A stretch of 64,000 nucleotides of DNA, from assembly GCF_006345805.1 (NCBI RefSeq), contig NC_043002.1, positions 105,338,001 to 105,402,000 on the forward strand, given 5' to 3'. Both the position numbers and the translations under genes were made by a program. This stretch comes from Octopus sinensis (Eukaryota). How positions within the stretch are numbered: the first letter of the stretch is position 1; each line of letters starts with the position of its first letter. Positions 24,236 to 39,571 of this stretch are shown here, piece after piece. A model generated the notes under the pieces. That model was given only the letters and a program-made list of their open reading frames with translations. It had not been told where the DNA came from and searched no databases.

Positions 24236-24570
24236 GACGCAGGCATGGCTGTGTGGGTAGAAGTTCGCTTCACAGCCTCTTAATTTTAGGGTCAGTCCCA
24301 TTGCGCTGAACATTAGGCTCAATCATTTCTACTGCAACCTTGTGCCAAGTAAAACGCTGTGAGTAAATTTGGTGGAAGGAAGTTGTGTGGAAGTCCGTTG
24401 TGTATGTGGTTGTATGTTAGCCTGTAGGTGTGCGTAAGTATATGCCTTTGTATTTGACGCTTCACCATCTAACAGATGCTGTTCTGTTATGAAAGAGAGA
24501 CATAGATTCACCGAAGTCGTTTTGTTCGACTTAGCACTAAAAGCCTGTGTCCCAGTCTAAAGTGAATCCA
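24236..24570 (+). mobile_element. Old, diverged SINE family B copy
   Basis: gcaggcatggctgtgtgggtagaag...gggtcagtcccattgcg...ccttgtgccaagt. Confidence 0.6.
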
Positions 24571-24615
24571 ATAAATAGAACAAGTGAATGAAGGAATAAT
24601 ATTGTTATTTCACTA

Positions 24616-25413
24616 AGGCGGCGAGCTGGCAGAATCGTTAGCACGTCAGGCGAAATGCTTAGCGGTATTTCGTCTGTCATTACGTTCTGAGTTCAAGTTC
24701 CGCCGAGGTACAAATTCCGCCTTTCATCCTTTCGAGGTCGATTCAATACGTACCAGTTGCGCACTGGATCGATATAATCGACTTAATCCGTTTGTCTGTC
24801 CATGTTTGTACCTTCTGTGTTTAGCCCCTTGTGGGTAGTAAAGAAATAGGTATTTCGTCTGCCGCTACATTCTGAGTTCAAATTCCGCCGAAGTCGACTT
24901 TGCCTTTCATCCTTTCGGGGTCGATAAATTAAGTACCAGTTACGCACTGAGGTCGATGTAATCGACTTAATCCGTTTGTCTGTCCATGTTTGTACTTCTG
25001 TGTTTAGCCCCTTGTGGGTAGTAAAGAAATAGGTATTTCGTCTGCCGCTACATTCTGAGTTCAAATTCCGCCGAAGTCGACTTTGCCTTTCATCCTTTCG
25101 GGGTCGATAAATTAAGTACCAGTTACGCACTGAGGTCGATGTAATCGACTTAATCTCTTTGTCTGTCTTTGTTTCTTCCCCTGTATGTTTAGCCCCTTGT
25201 GGGCAAAAAAGAAATAAGGATCGTTAGCACACCGAGAGAAATGCTGAGCGCTATTTTGTCTGTCTTACGTTCTGAGTTCAAATTCCGCCGAGGTCGACTT
25301 TGTCTTTCATCCTATCAGACTCTATAAATTAAGTACCAGATGCGTACTGGGGTCGATCTAATTGACTAGCCGCCTCTCCCAAAATTTTGGGCCTTGTACC
25401 TAGAGTAGAAAAG
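24616..25413 (+). mobile_element. SINE family A cluster with tandem 183-185-bp internal units
   Basis: Head at 24616; unit starts tatttcgtctg at 24666, 24851 and 25034; a further partial head near 25220. Confidence 0.92.
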
Positions 25414-25939
25414 AATATTGTTATTTCATAACGATAGACTTAGTATGGACTAATGGAATAAATTATGAAATGAAACCTTTCTATTAATTAAATAATAGAC
25501 GACTGCTTGTATTTACTGTACGGTGTACTTCAAGACGTAAAATGTGAACAGATGGAGTCACTCGTTTTGGATTTATAAGCACCCAAAACAAGATAGTAAA
25601 ATGAAACTGTGAGTAAAGCAACAACTCATATGCGCTGTGCAACAGAGGTAGCTTTAGATATTGCCGAAAACTTATAATCACTGGTCTTAATACAAGAGTC
25701 AGAATAGCACCGACGTGCGTTTCACTATGAAGCGTACCTATTCATATCAAATACAGATCTGCTTCTAAGACATATTCTGGTATTTGTCACACTAGTATTG
25801 AGTGGTATATAAATGTTCAGTTCAGATAAATCTCCCCATATGCCGTCCGTGACAAACCTGATGGGGTCATAATATTATATGAATAAAAATATGTATGACA
25901 AGCTTACTATGATCTAGTAAGCCAAAGCATTCTAACAGT

Positions 25940-26379
25940 TAATGGTAAGTTGCTTGCTTACAACCACATGGTTCCGGGTTCATTCCCACTGCGTGGCGCA
26001 TTGGGCAAGTGTCTTCTACTATAACCTTGGGCCGACCAATGCCTTGCGAGTGGTTTTGGTAGACAGAAACTGAAAGAAGCCCATCGTATATATATATATA
26101 TGTGTGTGTGTGTATGTATGTGTGTGTGTATGTGTGTGTGTGTGTGTGTGTGTATGTGTGTGTTTGTGTGTGTGTATGTCTGTCTGTCTTTATCCCCCCG
26201 ACATATCTTGACAACTGATACTAGTACGCTTACGTCCCCGTAACTTAGAGCTTCGGCAAAAGAGACCGATTGAATAAGAACTAGGCTTACAAATAAGTTA
26301 TGGGGCCGATTTGCTCGGCTAAAGGCGTGTTCTAGCATGACCGCAGCCAAAATAACTGAAACCAGTAAAAGAATAAAAG

Positions 26380-26380
<1 letters not shown>
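25940..26380 (+). mobile_element. SINE family B
   Basis: Matches the family B consensus; head slightly truncated. Confidence 0.88.
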
Positions 26381-26451
<71 letters not shown>

Positions 26452-27780
26452 TCCCCTGACCTGTTTTCGTTCGCAAACTTGACCTTTCATAAAATCCCAA
26501 TATATTTTGGAATTTATGGGAGCAACTGTCTTCGAAGACTTATATTGTCGTTGCTTGCTCGAAATGAGAAGAAGATAGAAAACCGACAACTGATGAAGAG
26601 TCGTTCTTTGTGTTACTCGTCCTGTTTGCAATTATATTTTCTCTCGTTTGTGTATTTAACTCGTTTGTTTTCGCATTTCATGTTGTTTACAGTTGGTGAC
26701 GTCCTGTACCATATATGATTATATATACACGGGCGCATATCGCGTATATATATTTGCTTCAGATTAAGATGTGCATTGCATATATATAAGATGTATATTA
26801 CGCATATATTTGTATGTGTGTGTGGTGTATGCATATATACGAGTGAATGAAGAAACGAAAATAACTAAGACTTTTGGTTGGAGTAACATGCATTTCATTA
26901 GAGCTTAACTCGGTTCGACATAACTTAAAGTTTTGTATGCGTTGGATATGCCAGAATCATCAGATGTTCGCTAGATAGGTCAGTTCAGGCCAGGTGGCTA
27001 TTTCTACCTTAGCGACATCCGTTACTTTATTACTATGTCAGCACTTGACATGGAACATTCTTGACAGATTAAAGAACCTTGAATGGATGAAATGGTTTGT
27101 GCTTCTAATAGAAATTCTAATAGAAATTTACGTTTTAGTTGCTCATTGCGTCACGTTGGTTCCACACGTTACTTTGGAATACTCAACCGCTAATAAACTA
27201 ATTCATTGACACTACGGTTCGGTTTACCGAACAAATCAACAAGGCTTTTCAACGAAACCGACGGAGATCCTTTTGCTATGTACGAATATTTATATATGTG
27301 TGTGTCTGCGTGCGTGTGTGTTTGTGTGTGGTGTGTGTATGTGCATGTGTGGGTGGGTGGGTGTGGGTGTATGCGTGTGTGTGTGGGTGTGTGTAAGCGT
27401 GTGCTTGTATTTATGCATAAGTCTGACTCGATATGTGTTCTTTTTTTTGCCATTTTGCCAGTAATATTACATAATATTCTGGTCTGAAATTAATATTTGA
27501 GAAGAAAATGAGAAGAGGAAAAAAAACATTCTGGGAAAAAAGAAAACCCAACTGAAACACCAAAACAGAAATGGGACAAATCTTGTTTCTCTTTTCTTCT
27601 TTTTTTTTCTTGGCTGTTTCGTGTTTTCGCCTTTTTTTTTTGTTTTTTTTTTCTCTTCTAATAATGGTGTTCTATTTACAATAATGCCAGCCAAATGGAG
27701 GGAAATTACTGCAATAAGCACCGATATGCTAATGAACTTATAACCTTGGCATGATTCCAAATACTCTAAAATAAAAATAT

Positions 27781-27831
<51 letters not shown>

Positions 27832-27849
27832 TAATGGCGGTGATGATGA

Positions 27850-27884
<35 letters not shown>

Positions 27885-28188
27885 ATAGAAAAATAATTGA
27901 AGAAATTATAAAAGAGAAAAAATATGGCAAGTAAACTTGGAAAGAAAAGTATTGGTGTGAGAAGGATGAGGTGGGGGTATTGGTTAAGGAGATTCTGTCG
28001 ATGGGAGATGTGGATACCGTTGGAAATATTTGAATGTTGTTGAAGAAGAGAAAACAGAGCAGATAGAATAATGTGTGTGGGTGTGTGTCTGTGTGTGAGT
28101 GTGAGTGTGTGAATGTATATGTGTGCATACGTACAGGTATTATGTGCACACTTATGTTTATGTACTTACATGTGATTATACTTAAATA

Positions 28189-28266
<78 letters not shown>

Positions 28267-28268
28267 CC

Positions 28269-28326
<58 letters not shown>

Positions 28327-28377
28327 TTCATATATATATCACACATTCATATATATATATATATATATATACACATT

Positions 28378-28412
<35 letters not shown>

Positions 28413-29080
28413 TATTATATATATATATATATTCACACACATATTTACAATTATGAATATGAAAGTACGTAATATATATAGAAAGAGAGAGAGAGAGAGA
28501 TAATTCGAAGATATTAAGGAGAGAATATTGAGAGAGATAGACGGACAGACAAGCCGACAGACAGACAGAGAGACAGACGGACAGGCAACGTACTGTACAT
28601 AACAGGTAGTAAAAATGTTGATATGTTGATATGTTGATATTAAAAGAAATATACAATTTCTGCAGACTCGGTTCTGACTCGACAGCCAAATCAGACTTAG
28701 CAGCCGAGAGAAAAGTGTTATAATCATCGCACATTAACATCGGTTGTTAGATTACCCGTATTCCAAGCTATCTCAGTGTTATCAATCTGACGCACACCAA
28801 GCCATTACTTAAAAGTCCGCTACAGGAACATAATAGCTTCTTGCTTGAACAGTGTAGTTTAACTAAAAACAAACAAAGAAACGTGGTCCCCTGTTGCGAA
28901 TAATGTTGTATATATTTGGATTTTCAATTCTGTATTTGCCGATGTATTTTGAATCTTCCACATACGTGCATTTCGAATATATTTCGAATACATTAGCGAG
29001 ACTAGAGTATTGATAAATCTGATTGTATGACATTCAAATATACTGAAATGTGTACGTTTGCATACATATACATACATACA

Positions 29081-29146
<66 letters not shown>

Positions 29147-29149
<3 letters not shown>

Positions 29150-29543
29150 CGCAGGAGTGGCTGTGTGGTAAATAGCTTGCTTACCAACCACATGGTTCTG
29201 GGTTCAGTCCCACTGCGTGGCACCTTGGGCAAGAGTCTTCAACTATAGCCTCGGGCCGACCAAAGCCTTGTGAGTGGATTTGGTAGACGGAAACTGAAAG
29301 AAGCCCGTCGTATATGTGTATATATATATGCGTGTGCGTGTGTGTTTGTGTGTCTGTGTTTGTCCCCCTAGCATTGCTTGACAACCGATGCGGGTGAGTT
29401 TATGTCCCCGTCACTTAGCGGTTCGGCAAAAGAGAGCGATCGAATAAGTACTGGGCTTACACAGAATAAGTGCCGGGGTCGAGTTGCTCGACTAAAGGTG
29501 GTGCTCCAGTATGGCCGCTGTCAAATGACTGAAACAAGTAAAA

Positions 29544-29544
<1 letters not shown>
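29147..29544 (+). mobile_element. SINE family B, young copy
   Basis: Near-identical to 12839-13250. Confidence 0.92.
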
Positions 29545-29582
<38 letters not shown>

Positions 29583-29588
29583 TATAGC

Positions 29589-29820
29589 AACAAGGATATC
29601 CAGAGTTAATGCAGTACGATCGTTTCATTCAGCTCCATTTAATTGAATTAAAATAAATAGAATTAAAATAAATTAGAACAGATGGACACATTACTATAAT
29701 TATACGTCTTTGGGCAGCAGAAGATTGCTCTGCATTTTAAATTGATGTAATGTTTGCACCGTTCAATTAAATGGCGTTACATGAAACTATCATACTGCAT
29801 TACATCTGGTTATACTTGTT
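29589..29820. repeat. Foldback element: 59-bp inverted arms
   Basis: aacaaggatatccagagttaatgcagtacgatcgtttcat...ccatttaattgaa versus ttcaattaaatgg...atgaaactatcatactgcatta...tatacttgtt. Confidence 0.8.
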
Positions 29821-29915
29821 GATTATTTTGATTTTAATCACCTTACTCTGAAATTGTATGGATAATACCGTACTAAATTCTGGTGCCTCAACGTTATATA
29901 TATATAATATATATA

Positions 29916-29953
<38 letters not shown>

Positions 29954-30011
29954 TGTGTGTGTGTGTGTATGTGTGTGTGCGTGTATGTATGTATGTACGT
30001 ATGTTATATTA

Positions 30012-30043
<32 letters not shown>

Positions 30044-30172
30044 CATATATATATGTATATATATATATTATATATATATTATAAGTATATATATATATAT
30101 ATATATATATGTTATATATATATATATATAATATATGTGTATATGTATATATGAATACATATATGTGTATAT

Positions 30173-30494
30173 GTATATATTTACGAAAGAAAATATGTAA
30201 AACCGCACAGGAGGTTTGTATAATAAAATTTATGCTAATATTAAAATCATAATGTAACAAAGAGTAATCATATAATAAACTTGGAGTACCGGGTTCGCGC
30301 CTTACGCTTATCAAACTTCCAAGCTCTGAGATTTCAGTACAGAGAGAATTTTTGTTAAATCACGGGGACGCCATTTCTGCTGTTGACAATATTTTTTGTA
30401 GTCATTTGTTTCAGTATCATCTTAAAAGTAGCATAAATTATATTATACAAGCCTCCTGTGTATTTTTACATATTTTACTTTCTTAAATATCTAC
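30173..30494. repeat. Foldback element: ~65-bp inverted arms
   Basis: aaaatatgtaaaa..cacaggaggtttgtataata..atttatgcta versus tagcataaat..tattatacaagcctcctgtg..ttttacatatttt. Confidence 0.8.
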
Positions 30495-30552
30495 AACCAC
30501 GTATAAACAAGACCTGACACCTTTAAGTTATATGAACACACACACACACACA

Positions 30553-30604
<52 letters not shown>

Positions 30605-30732
30605 ACCACACACTCACACACTCACACACACACACACATATATATATATTATATATATATATATGTATATATATACATACACTTGTGAATATATAACCAT
30701 ACACGCTCTATGCGGATATACGTATATATATA

Positions 30733-30806
<74 letters not shown>

Positions 30807-30918
30807 TATAATATATATAATATAAGATGGTGCTACAGCATGGCCGCGGTCTAAATTATTGAAACAAGTAAGAAATATAAAAGAATTAAAGAATATATAT
30901 ATATATATATATACACAT

Positions 30919-31320
30919 GGGCGCACACGTAGCAGTGTGGTAAGTTGCCTGTTTACCAGCCACATGGTCCCGGGTTCAGTCCCACGACTTGGTTCCTTGG
31001 CCAACTATCTTCTACTATAGCCTCGGGCCGACAAAAGCCTTGTGAGTGGATTATATAGACGGAAACTAAAAGAAGCCGGTCATATGTATATATATATATA
31101 TATGTTTGTATATGTGTGTGTCTTTCTGTCTGTGCTTGTCCCACCCCATCGCTTTACGATGGATGTTGGTGCGTTTACGTCCCCGTAACTTAGTGGTTCG
31201 GTAAAAGAGACTGGTAGAATAAGGCCTAGGCTTACAGAGAATAGCTTAAATCCTCTAAGGTCGTGCTCCATTATGGGCTCAGTCACATGACTGAAAGAAG
31301 TAAAAGGATAAAAGAATAAA
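30919..31320 (+). mobile_element. SINE family B
   Basis: Family B head, core and tail. Confidence 0.85.
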
Positions 31321-31352
31321 ACAATATATATATATATATAGATATATACTAT

Positions 31353-31384
<32 letters not shown>

Positions 31385-31407
31385 TATATTATATACATAT
31401 GTATGTG

Positions 31408-31473
<66 letters not shown>

Positions 31474-31614
31474 CATATGTATGTGTGTATATATATATAT
31501 ATATAGATATATACATATGTATGTGTGTGTATATATATATATTATATATAGATATATACATATGTATGTGTGTGTATATATATATATATATTTATATATA
31601 GATATATACATATG

Positions 31615-31650
<36 letters not shown>

Positions 31651-31954
31651 TATGTAGGTATATGCATGTGTATATATGAGTGAATGTGTGTCTGGTTGTG
31701 TGTCTGAGTGTGTATGTGTGTATGTGTATATATGTGTAGGTGGGGCGTGTATGTATCTTTCACAGGCAACTCTGCTCTATCTCATATTTTCCTTTTAATC
31801 CCACAACCTTTCCATTTTTCGTCTTAATTCTGTTTAGAAAAGTATAGCTGCCGTTTTTTTTAGTTGGCACGGCTCATGCGTTTGGTCCTATCATTATCAT
31901 CGGATGTTCAACTCCCGATCGTTTTACACATACATCTTTCTTTTCTTTTCTTTC

Positions 31955-32363
31955 TTTTTATTTTTTTACTTGTTTCAGTCATTTGACTGCGGCCATGCTG
32001 GAGCACCGCCTTTAGTCGAGCAAATCGACCCCGGGACTTATTCTTTGTAAGCCCAGTACTTATTCTATCGGTCTCTTTTGCCGAACCGCTAAGTGACGGG
32101 GACGTAAAAACACCAACATCGATTGGCAAGCGATGGGGGGGGGGGGCAAACACAGACACACAAATACACACACAGATATATATATACGTATATACGTATA
32201 TACGACAGGCTTCTTTCAGTTTCCGTCTACCAAATTCACTCACAAGGCATTGGTCGGCCCGGGGCTATAGCAGAAGACACTTGCCCAAGATGCCACGCAG
32301 TGGGACTGAACCCGGAACCATGTGGTTGGTTAGCAAGCTACTTACCACACAGCCACTCCTGCC
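31955..32363 (-). mobile_element. SINE family B, young copy
   Basis: Reverse complement of the family B consensus. Confidence 0.92.
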
Positions 32364-32714
32364 CAAAGATACATCATGTGTATCTTTTGTATATCTAATT
32401 GGTGACGTGTACGTGTGTGTGTGTGTGTGTTTAGTTCTGCTCTGTATATATCTTGTATTTCTTTTTTCAAGACAGCAAGCTGCCACATTCGTTGGATCAT
32501 CGGAAATATAAATATCCCCAAACAATATTCCTTTCGAACTTTTTTCATTCTGATTTCAAATCTTTTAGAATTTAAGAATTTACCTCTACATATTTCATCC
32601 CTAGCGAGTGGATGAATTAAGATACCACTAAAACACAGTTCTATATTTAAGCGATGAGGAATTATGTGCATTATTTATATTTTACGGATATTTGTCCTCA
32701 TCTTGTTTGTCGTT

Positions 32715-32761
32715 AACACAACGTTTCGGCTGATATACCCCTCCAGCATTCATCTGGTGTC
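32715..32761 (-). ncRNA. Hammerhead relic (U4A core), paralogue of 2917-2962
   Basis: Minus strand: gacac CAGAUGA augcug...cagcc GAAACGUU gugu; about 100 bp of flank is shared with the 2.9-kb copy. Confidence 0.6.
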
Positions 32762-32824
32762 TTGGGGAAATTTCGAACCTGGTTCTCATTCCTAAGGTAT
32801 TTTTCAACGATGTTTTTGTTATTA

Positions 32825-33110
32825 TTAGTCGAGCAAATCGAGCCCAGTACATAGTTCATATTCTAAGGGACACTCTTGCGATGCCGCTAAGTTACGAGAA
32901 CGTAAACAAGCGAACACCGGTTTTTCAAGAGCTGATGAGTATCAAACACACACTCGCGAGCGTCTCCACTATTTCCTTCTACCAGATTCATCTACAAAGC
33001 GTGGGTCAGTCCCAAGTTGCAGTACAAGGCACTTACCCAACGCACCTGGCAATGGTATTGAACTTGCAACCGTGACTGTGCAAAGCAAGCTGCTAAACCA
33101 CATAACCATT
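32825..33110 (-). mobile_element. Diverged SINE family B copy
   Basis: gtcgagcaaatcga...aaggcacttacccaacgcacc...ctaaaccacataacc. Confidence 0.55.
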
Positions 33111-33151
33111 TTTCCACATTCATTAGCATCTTTTGATGTTATTTTTGATAC

Positions 33152-33222
33152 CCTTTGCCTGATTTCGTCGATGGAACGCTCCCAGCTGGAGCTTCTTTCA
33201 TCATAGGCTCGTTGCAATATGG
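33152..33222 (-). CDS. Candidate isolated coding exon, coiled-coil-like; (A)ILQRAYDERSSSWERSIDEIRQR
   Basis: Strong acceptor tctcttaacctttgtcag, donor agg|gtatca; phase 1 to 0; partner exons not established. Confidence 0.35.
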
Positions 33223-33929
33223 CTGACAAAGGTTAAGAGACAAACAACAGCATTGACTCCGCACTACATCGTTCAATCTGATTTTTTATTACTGCTTTAT
33301 GATAAAAGTACATTTCATTCCATTTCATCTATGTTCTTCATTTTTCATTCTATTTATTCATTTATCTTGTTTTTGAGCTATGTCTGGCTCTTCTTATAAC
33401 TTCCCTCTGCATGCATTGCTCTATTTCTTTCGCTCTTCCCATATTATTCCATTCCTCCACCCATCTTTGCCCACACATACACACACACCGAACCGATAAT
33501 TCTCCATTCGATGTAATTTTCTAGCAATTCTTTTCAAAATTTCTACTTTCGCCACCGCTAAATAATTTGAAAATCTCTCAGATTTATTAAAGTGAAAGCA
33601 TTAAGTGTTCAAATTTGGTAAAATTGGCAGAAATTCTTCGCTGAATCACCAAGTGATTGCGGCGAATGATGGAAGAAGTCGATGGAGAGGAAGGAAAGTA
33701 AGAAGGAGGAGAAGAAGGGGAGAGAAGAGGAGAAGAGAGGAGAAGGAGAAGAGAGAAGAGGAGAAGAGAGGATAATGAGAGGGAAGAAGGCGCGGGGAGA
33801 GGATAAGTAGAGGGGCAGAATATGTATAAACTAGGAAGAAAAATAATAATTTTGGAATCAAGTTATCGAATTAAGATATTTTGATTAAGAGAGAAGTACA
33901 AGAAATGGTTCCTTCATGTTGCTGTGGTT

Positions 33930-34112
33930 GTTGGTGGTGTTGTTGCTGTTGTAGTTGTTGTTGTTGTTGTTGTTGCTCATGATAGAGATAAAGATAAGTA
34001 GTAGTTGAGGAGAATGCCGAGGTTGTTGTTGTACATGTTCATACTGATCGTGTCGTTCCCGCCGCTGCTGTTACTGCAACTTCTTCCGATCCTACTGCTG
34101 TTGGTGATGATT

Positions 34113-34143
<31 letters not shown>

Positions 34144-34323
34144 GGATGAGGATGAGGATGTTGATGATGATGATGATGATGATGATGAGAATGATGATGA
34201 TGATGATGATGATGATGATGCTGGTGGTGGTGGTGGTGGTAATGATGATGATGATGATGATGATGAAAATGATAGTGGTGGTGGTGGTGATGATGATGAT
34301 GATGATGGTGATGGTGGTGGTGG

Positions 34324-34357
<34 letters not shown>

Positions 34358-34359
34358 GG

Positions 34360-34393
<34 letters not shown>

Positions 34394-34473
34394 GGTGGTG
34401 GTGGTGATGGTGGCGATGATGATGGTGGTGGTGGTGGTGATGATGATGATGATTGTGGTGGTGGTGGTGGTGG

Positions 34474-34504
<31 letters not shown>

Positions 34505-34536
34505 GGTAGTGGTGGTGGTGGTGGTGGTGATGCTGA

Positions 34537-34570
<34 letters not shown>

Positions 34571-34617
34571 GATGATGATTATGATGGTGGTGGTGGTGGT
34601 GGTGGTGGTGGCGGTGG

Positions 34618-34649
<32 letters not shown>

Positions 34650-34753
34650 TGTTGTGGTGGTGGTGGTGGTGGTGGCGGTGGTGATGATGATGATGATGAT
34701 GGTGGTGATGGGGGTGGTGGTGATGATGATGATGGTGGTGGTGGTGGTGGTGG

Positions 34754-34788
<35 letters not shown>

Positions 34789-36600
34789 TGGTGGTGGTGG
34801 TGGTGATGATGATGATGATATCATCATCATCATGATGGTGATCACCACGAAGACGACGACGACGAAAAGGAGGAGGAAGATGACGACGACAACGACGAAG
34901 ATAAAGAGGATGATGATGAAGATGAGGGGGAGGAAGAAGATGACTACGACAACGACGACGATGATACAGAGAATGATGATGATGATGATGATGATCACGA
35001 CGACGACAACGGCCACGATGATAAAGGGGATGATGATGATGATGATGATGGTGATATTTCACTGTGGTAGTAGTGATAATGGACTTGATAGTAAACATGA
35101 TGCTACGAGGATGGTAGTGGCGGGGATGGCGATTATGATGATCGTGATTATGGTGATGATGTTGGTGGTGGTGTTGGTGGTGGAGGCGGCGGTGATGATG
35201 GTCATCGTGTCAGTTGTGCCGTTGGAGGTGGTGACGTTGGCGACGATATGGGTGTGTTGATGCTGATGATGATGTCTGATCATGATCGTAATAGAAAAGA
35301 CGCCAATAGACGGCATGGGAATGAGGGGTGATGGTCGTGGTTGTGATGATGGTGGCGGCTGTGGCGCTGGCCTTCCGCTTATTGGTATTTGTGAAAGGTT
35401 AGGTTGTTGTCAATGATGATGATGATGGTGGTGGTGGTGGTGGTGGTGGTGGTGGTGGTGGTGGTGGTGGTGATGGTGAAGATGGCGTTAGTATTAATGG
35501 TGGGATAGAAGATGATATTCCCGATGATGATGGTGGTGGTGGTGGTGGTGGTGTGGATATTGTGGTAGTGGTAATGATGTGTGTAGGGGTGATGGTGGTG
35601 GTGGTGATGGTGAAGATGGCGTTAGTATTAATGGTGGGGCAGATGATATTCACGATGATGATGATGATGGTGGTGGTGGTGGTGGTGGTGGTGGTGGTGG
35701 TGGTGGTGGTGGTGTGGTAGTGGTAATGATGTGTGTAGGGGTGGTGGTGGTGGTGGTGGTGATGGTGAAGATGGCGTTAGTATTAATGGTGGGGCAGATG
35801 ATATTCACGATGATGATGATGATGGTGGTGGTGGTGGTGGTGGTGGTGGTGGTGGTGTGGTAGTGGTAATGATGTGTGTAGGGGTGGTGGTGGTGGTGGT
35901 GGTGATGGTGAAGATGGCGTTAGTATTAATGGTGGGGCAGATGATATTCACGATGATGATGATGATGTTGTTGCTGGTGGTGTATTAACCGTTGCGTTCT
36001 TTGTGATGGTTGCGATGGTATGGGTAGTTGTGGCAGTGGAGGATGATGATGATGATCATGATCATGATGATGATTGATCTAATGGTGGTGGCTTTAGTGG
36101 TGTCAGCGGTATTTGTGAAAATGGCGGTGGTGGTGGTGGCGCCTGCGATGCTAATGGAGATTAGGGTCATCGTAATGGTGGACGCGAAAGTGATGGGTAT
36201 AGTAGTAGCAAAGCAGCAGCGACGACAGTAGGTTATTACTACTAGTGCTACTTTTACTACTTCTTCCTCTTCTTCTACTACCACTACTACTAATACTACT
36301 ACTACTACAACTACAATTACTACTACTATCACCACCACTACTTCTACTACTACCACCACCACCACCACCACCACCACTATCACCACCGCTACTACTACTA
36401 TTACTACTGCTACTGCTACTACTATTACTACTGCTACTGCTACTACTACTGCTACTACTACTACAACTACAACTACTACTACTACCACTACTACTATTAC
36501 TACTACTACTACAGCTGGTGGTGTCCGTGGAGTTGGTAACACTTGTGTTGGTAACATGGGTAGTGGTATGAGTGGTGAGTGTAAAATGTTGGTTGTTGTG
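33930..36600. repeat. 2.7-kb compound GAT/GGT/GAC then ACT/ACC triplet field, containing a 134-155-bp minisatellite
   Basis: gatggtgaagatggcgttagtattaatgg recurs at about 35472, 35606, 35761 and 35904. Confidence 0.92.
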
Positions 36601-37193
36601 CTGTTAGCGATGATGATTGTTGCATGTGTGTGTGTGGTGGAGGTTATTTTGGTATTGAAATGGCTGAATATGGTGGCAATGATGGCGAACGTATAGATAA
36701 CGGGGATTGCGGTGTCGGTGATGGTTGTTATACCGCTTGTGTTTGTGGACATGATGGTGGTGGTGGTGGTGGTGTTTGTGGTATTAGGGCTGTTTGCGAT
36801 GGAGGTGGGCCATGACTATTAGGGTTCTGTTTTTATCGCCTACAAACAAAACCGAACGATTAAAGGGTCTGCATCCAATCAACACATGTCATCATTAATT
36901 CCATTATAAACCATTCCAAGCGCTTTTACTGAATCTTATGGATAAAATTTGTGAGACTTAAATTTTATGAATGCCATTTAGACAGAATGTACCTTATCCG
37001 AAGAGCAATGTTGTGTTCATCTCCAGCAGAAGATGTTACCAAGTGAACTTTGGAATCATTTTGACAAAATCGACTTCTTTGATATCTTTGAATGCGAGTC
37101 TGCATTTATTCAAAGATCAGATATGACGTCACTGAAATTTCTATAGATAGCAGCCCAATCTCGCTCAGGTCATTCCAATGCGTCATTTTCATC

Positions 37194-37420
37194 CTGGCAG
37201 AAATGTTAGCATACCGGGCGAGATGCGTAAAGGTATTTCGTCTGCCGTTACGTCCTGAGTTAAAATTCCGCTGAGGTCGACTTTGCCTTTCATTCTTTCG
37301 GGGTCGATTAAATAAGTACCAGTTACGCACTGGCGTCGATATAATCGACTTAATCCGTTTGTCTGTGCTTGTTTGTCCTCTCTGTGTTTAGCCCCTTGTG
37401 GGTAGTAAAGAAATAGGTAT
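37194..37420 (+). mobile_element. SINE family A (single unit)
   Basis: ctggcagaaatgttagcatacc...gagttaaaattccgc...gtagtaaagaaatagg. Confidence 0.88.
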
Positions 37421-37689
37421 ATATAAAAAGATGCATTTCACTTTGTTCATAATATTTATTAACTAATCACCAGGGACCTAACATGAAAAATTTAGACTTC
37501 TTTCTTAAATGTAATGCTTCATTGTCACCTCATTCAGTTTCTTATACAAAATAGTTTTATTAAATATGTATATCAAGAATGTTTTTTGTTTTGTTTTTCG
37601 ACACAATATGACTGTCCCTTTCTCTCTTCCACCACTTCTTGTTTCTAATTTTATCTAAAGAGATCTAAAGATATCTTGAAATACTAAAG

Positions 37690-37845
37690 AGTAAATGTAT
37701 TCAACAAAATCGCCATTGGCTTCAACTACGACATACAGACAACTTCGGAATCTCCTGCAACTCTTCTGAAAGGTCTCGTATTTAAATTGGTGAATGCTGC
37801 CATAATCCTTGCTTTCAATTCATCTTTGGTGTTACAAGGAGTATG
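37690..37845 (-). mobile_element. Mariner/Tc1-family transposase C-terminal fragment abutting the Tc1
   Basis: Minus translation HTPCNTKDELKARIMAAFTNL, then frameshifted VVEANGDFVE-like text. Confidence 0.55.
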
Positions 37846-37847
37846 TA

Positions 37848-39473
<1,626 letters not shown>

Positions 39474-39540
39474 TATTTCTCCAAACGAACCTTTATATAT
39501 ATATATATAATATATATATACATACATAATACAAATATAT

Positions 39541-39571
<31 letters not shown>

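Noticed and set aside
24616-25413. CRISPR-like regular repeats
   Set aside because: Units are ~185-bp near-identical SINE segments without unique spacers; eukaryotic context with no cas genes.
26585-26625. CTGATGA-containing motif as a hammerhead
   Set aside because: Stem II-like GAGT...ACTC is followed by GTCC rather than GAAA; no stem III or cleavage triplet.
28660-28830. Candidate exons around 28.7 kb
   Set aside because: The minus-strand acceptor/donor pair has stops in all three frames; the plus-strand frame is short with no partner.
33977-35260. His/Pro/Thr-rich 373-aa and Met/Val/Gly-rich 276-aa ORFs as possible structural (beak or sucker) proteins
   Set aside because: Pure GAT/GGT codon runs with no peptide-level periodicity or synonymous variation; triplet arrays of this kind lack stops by construction.
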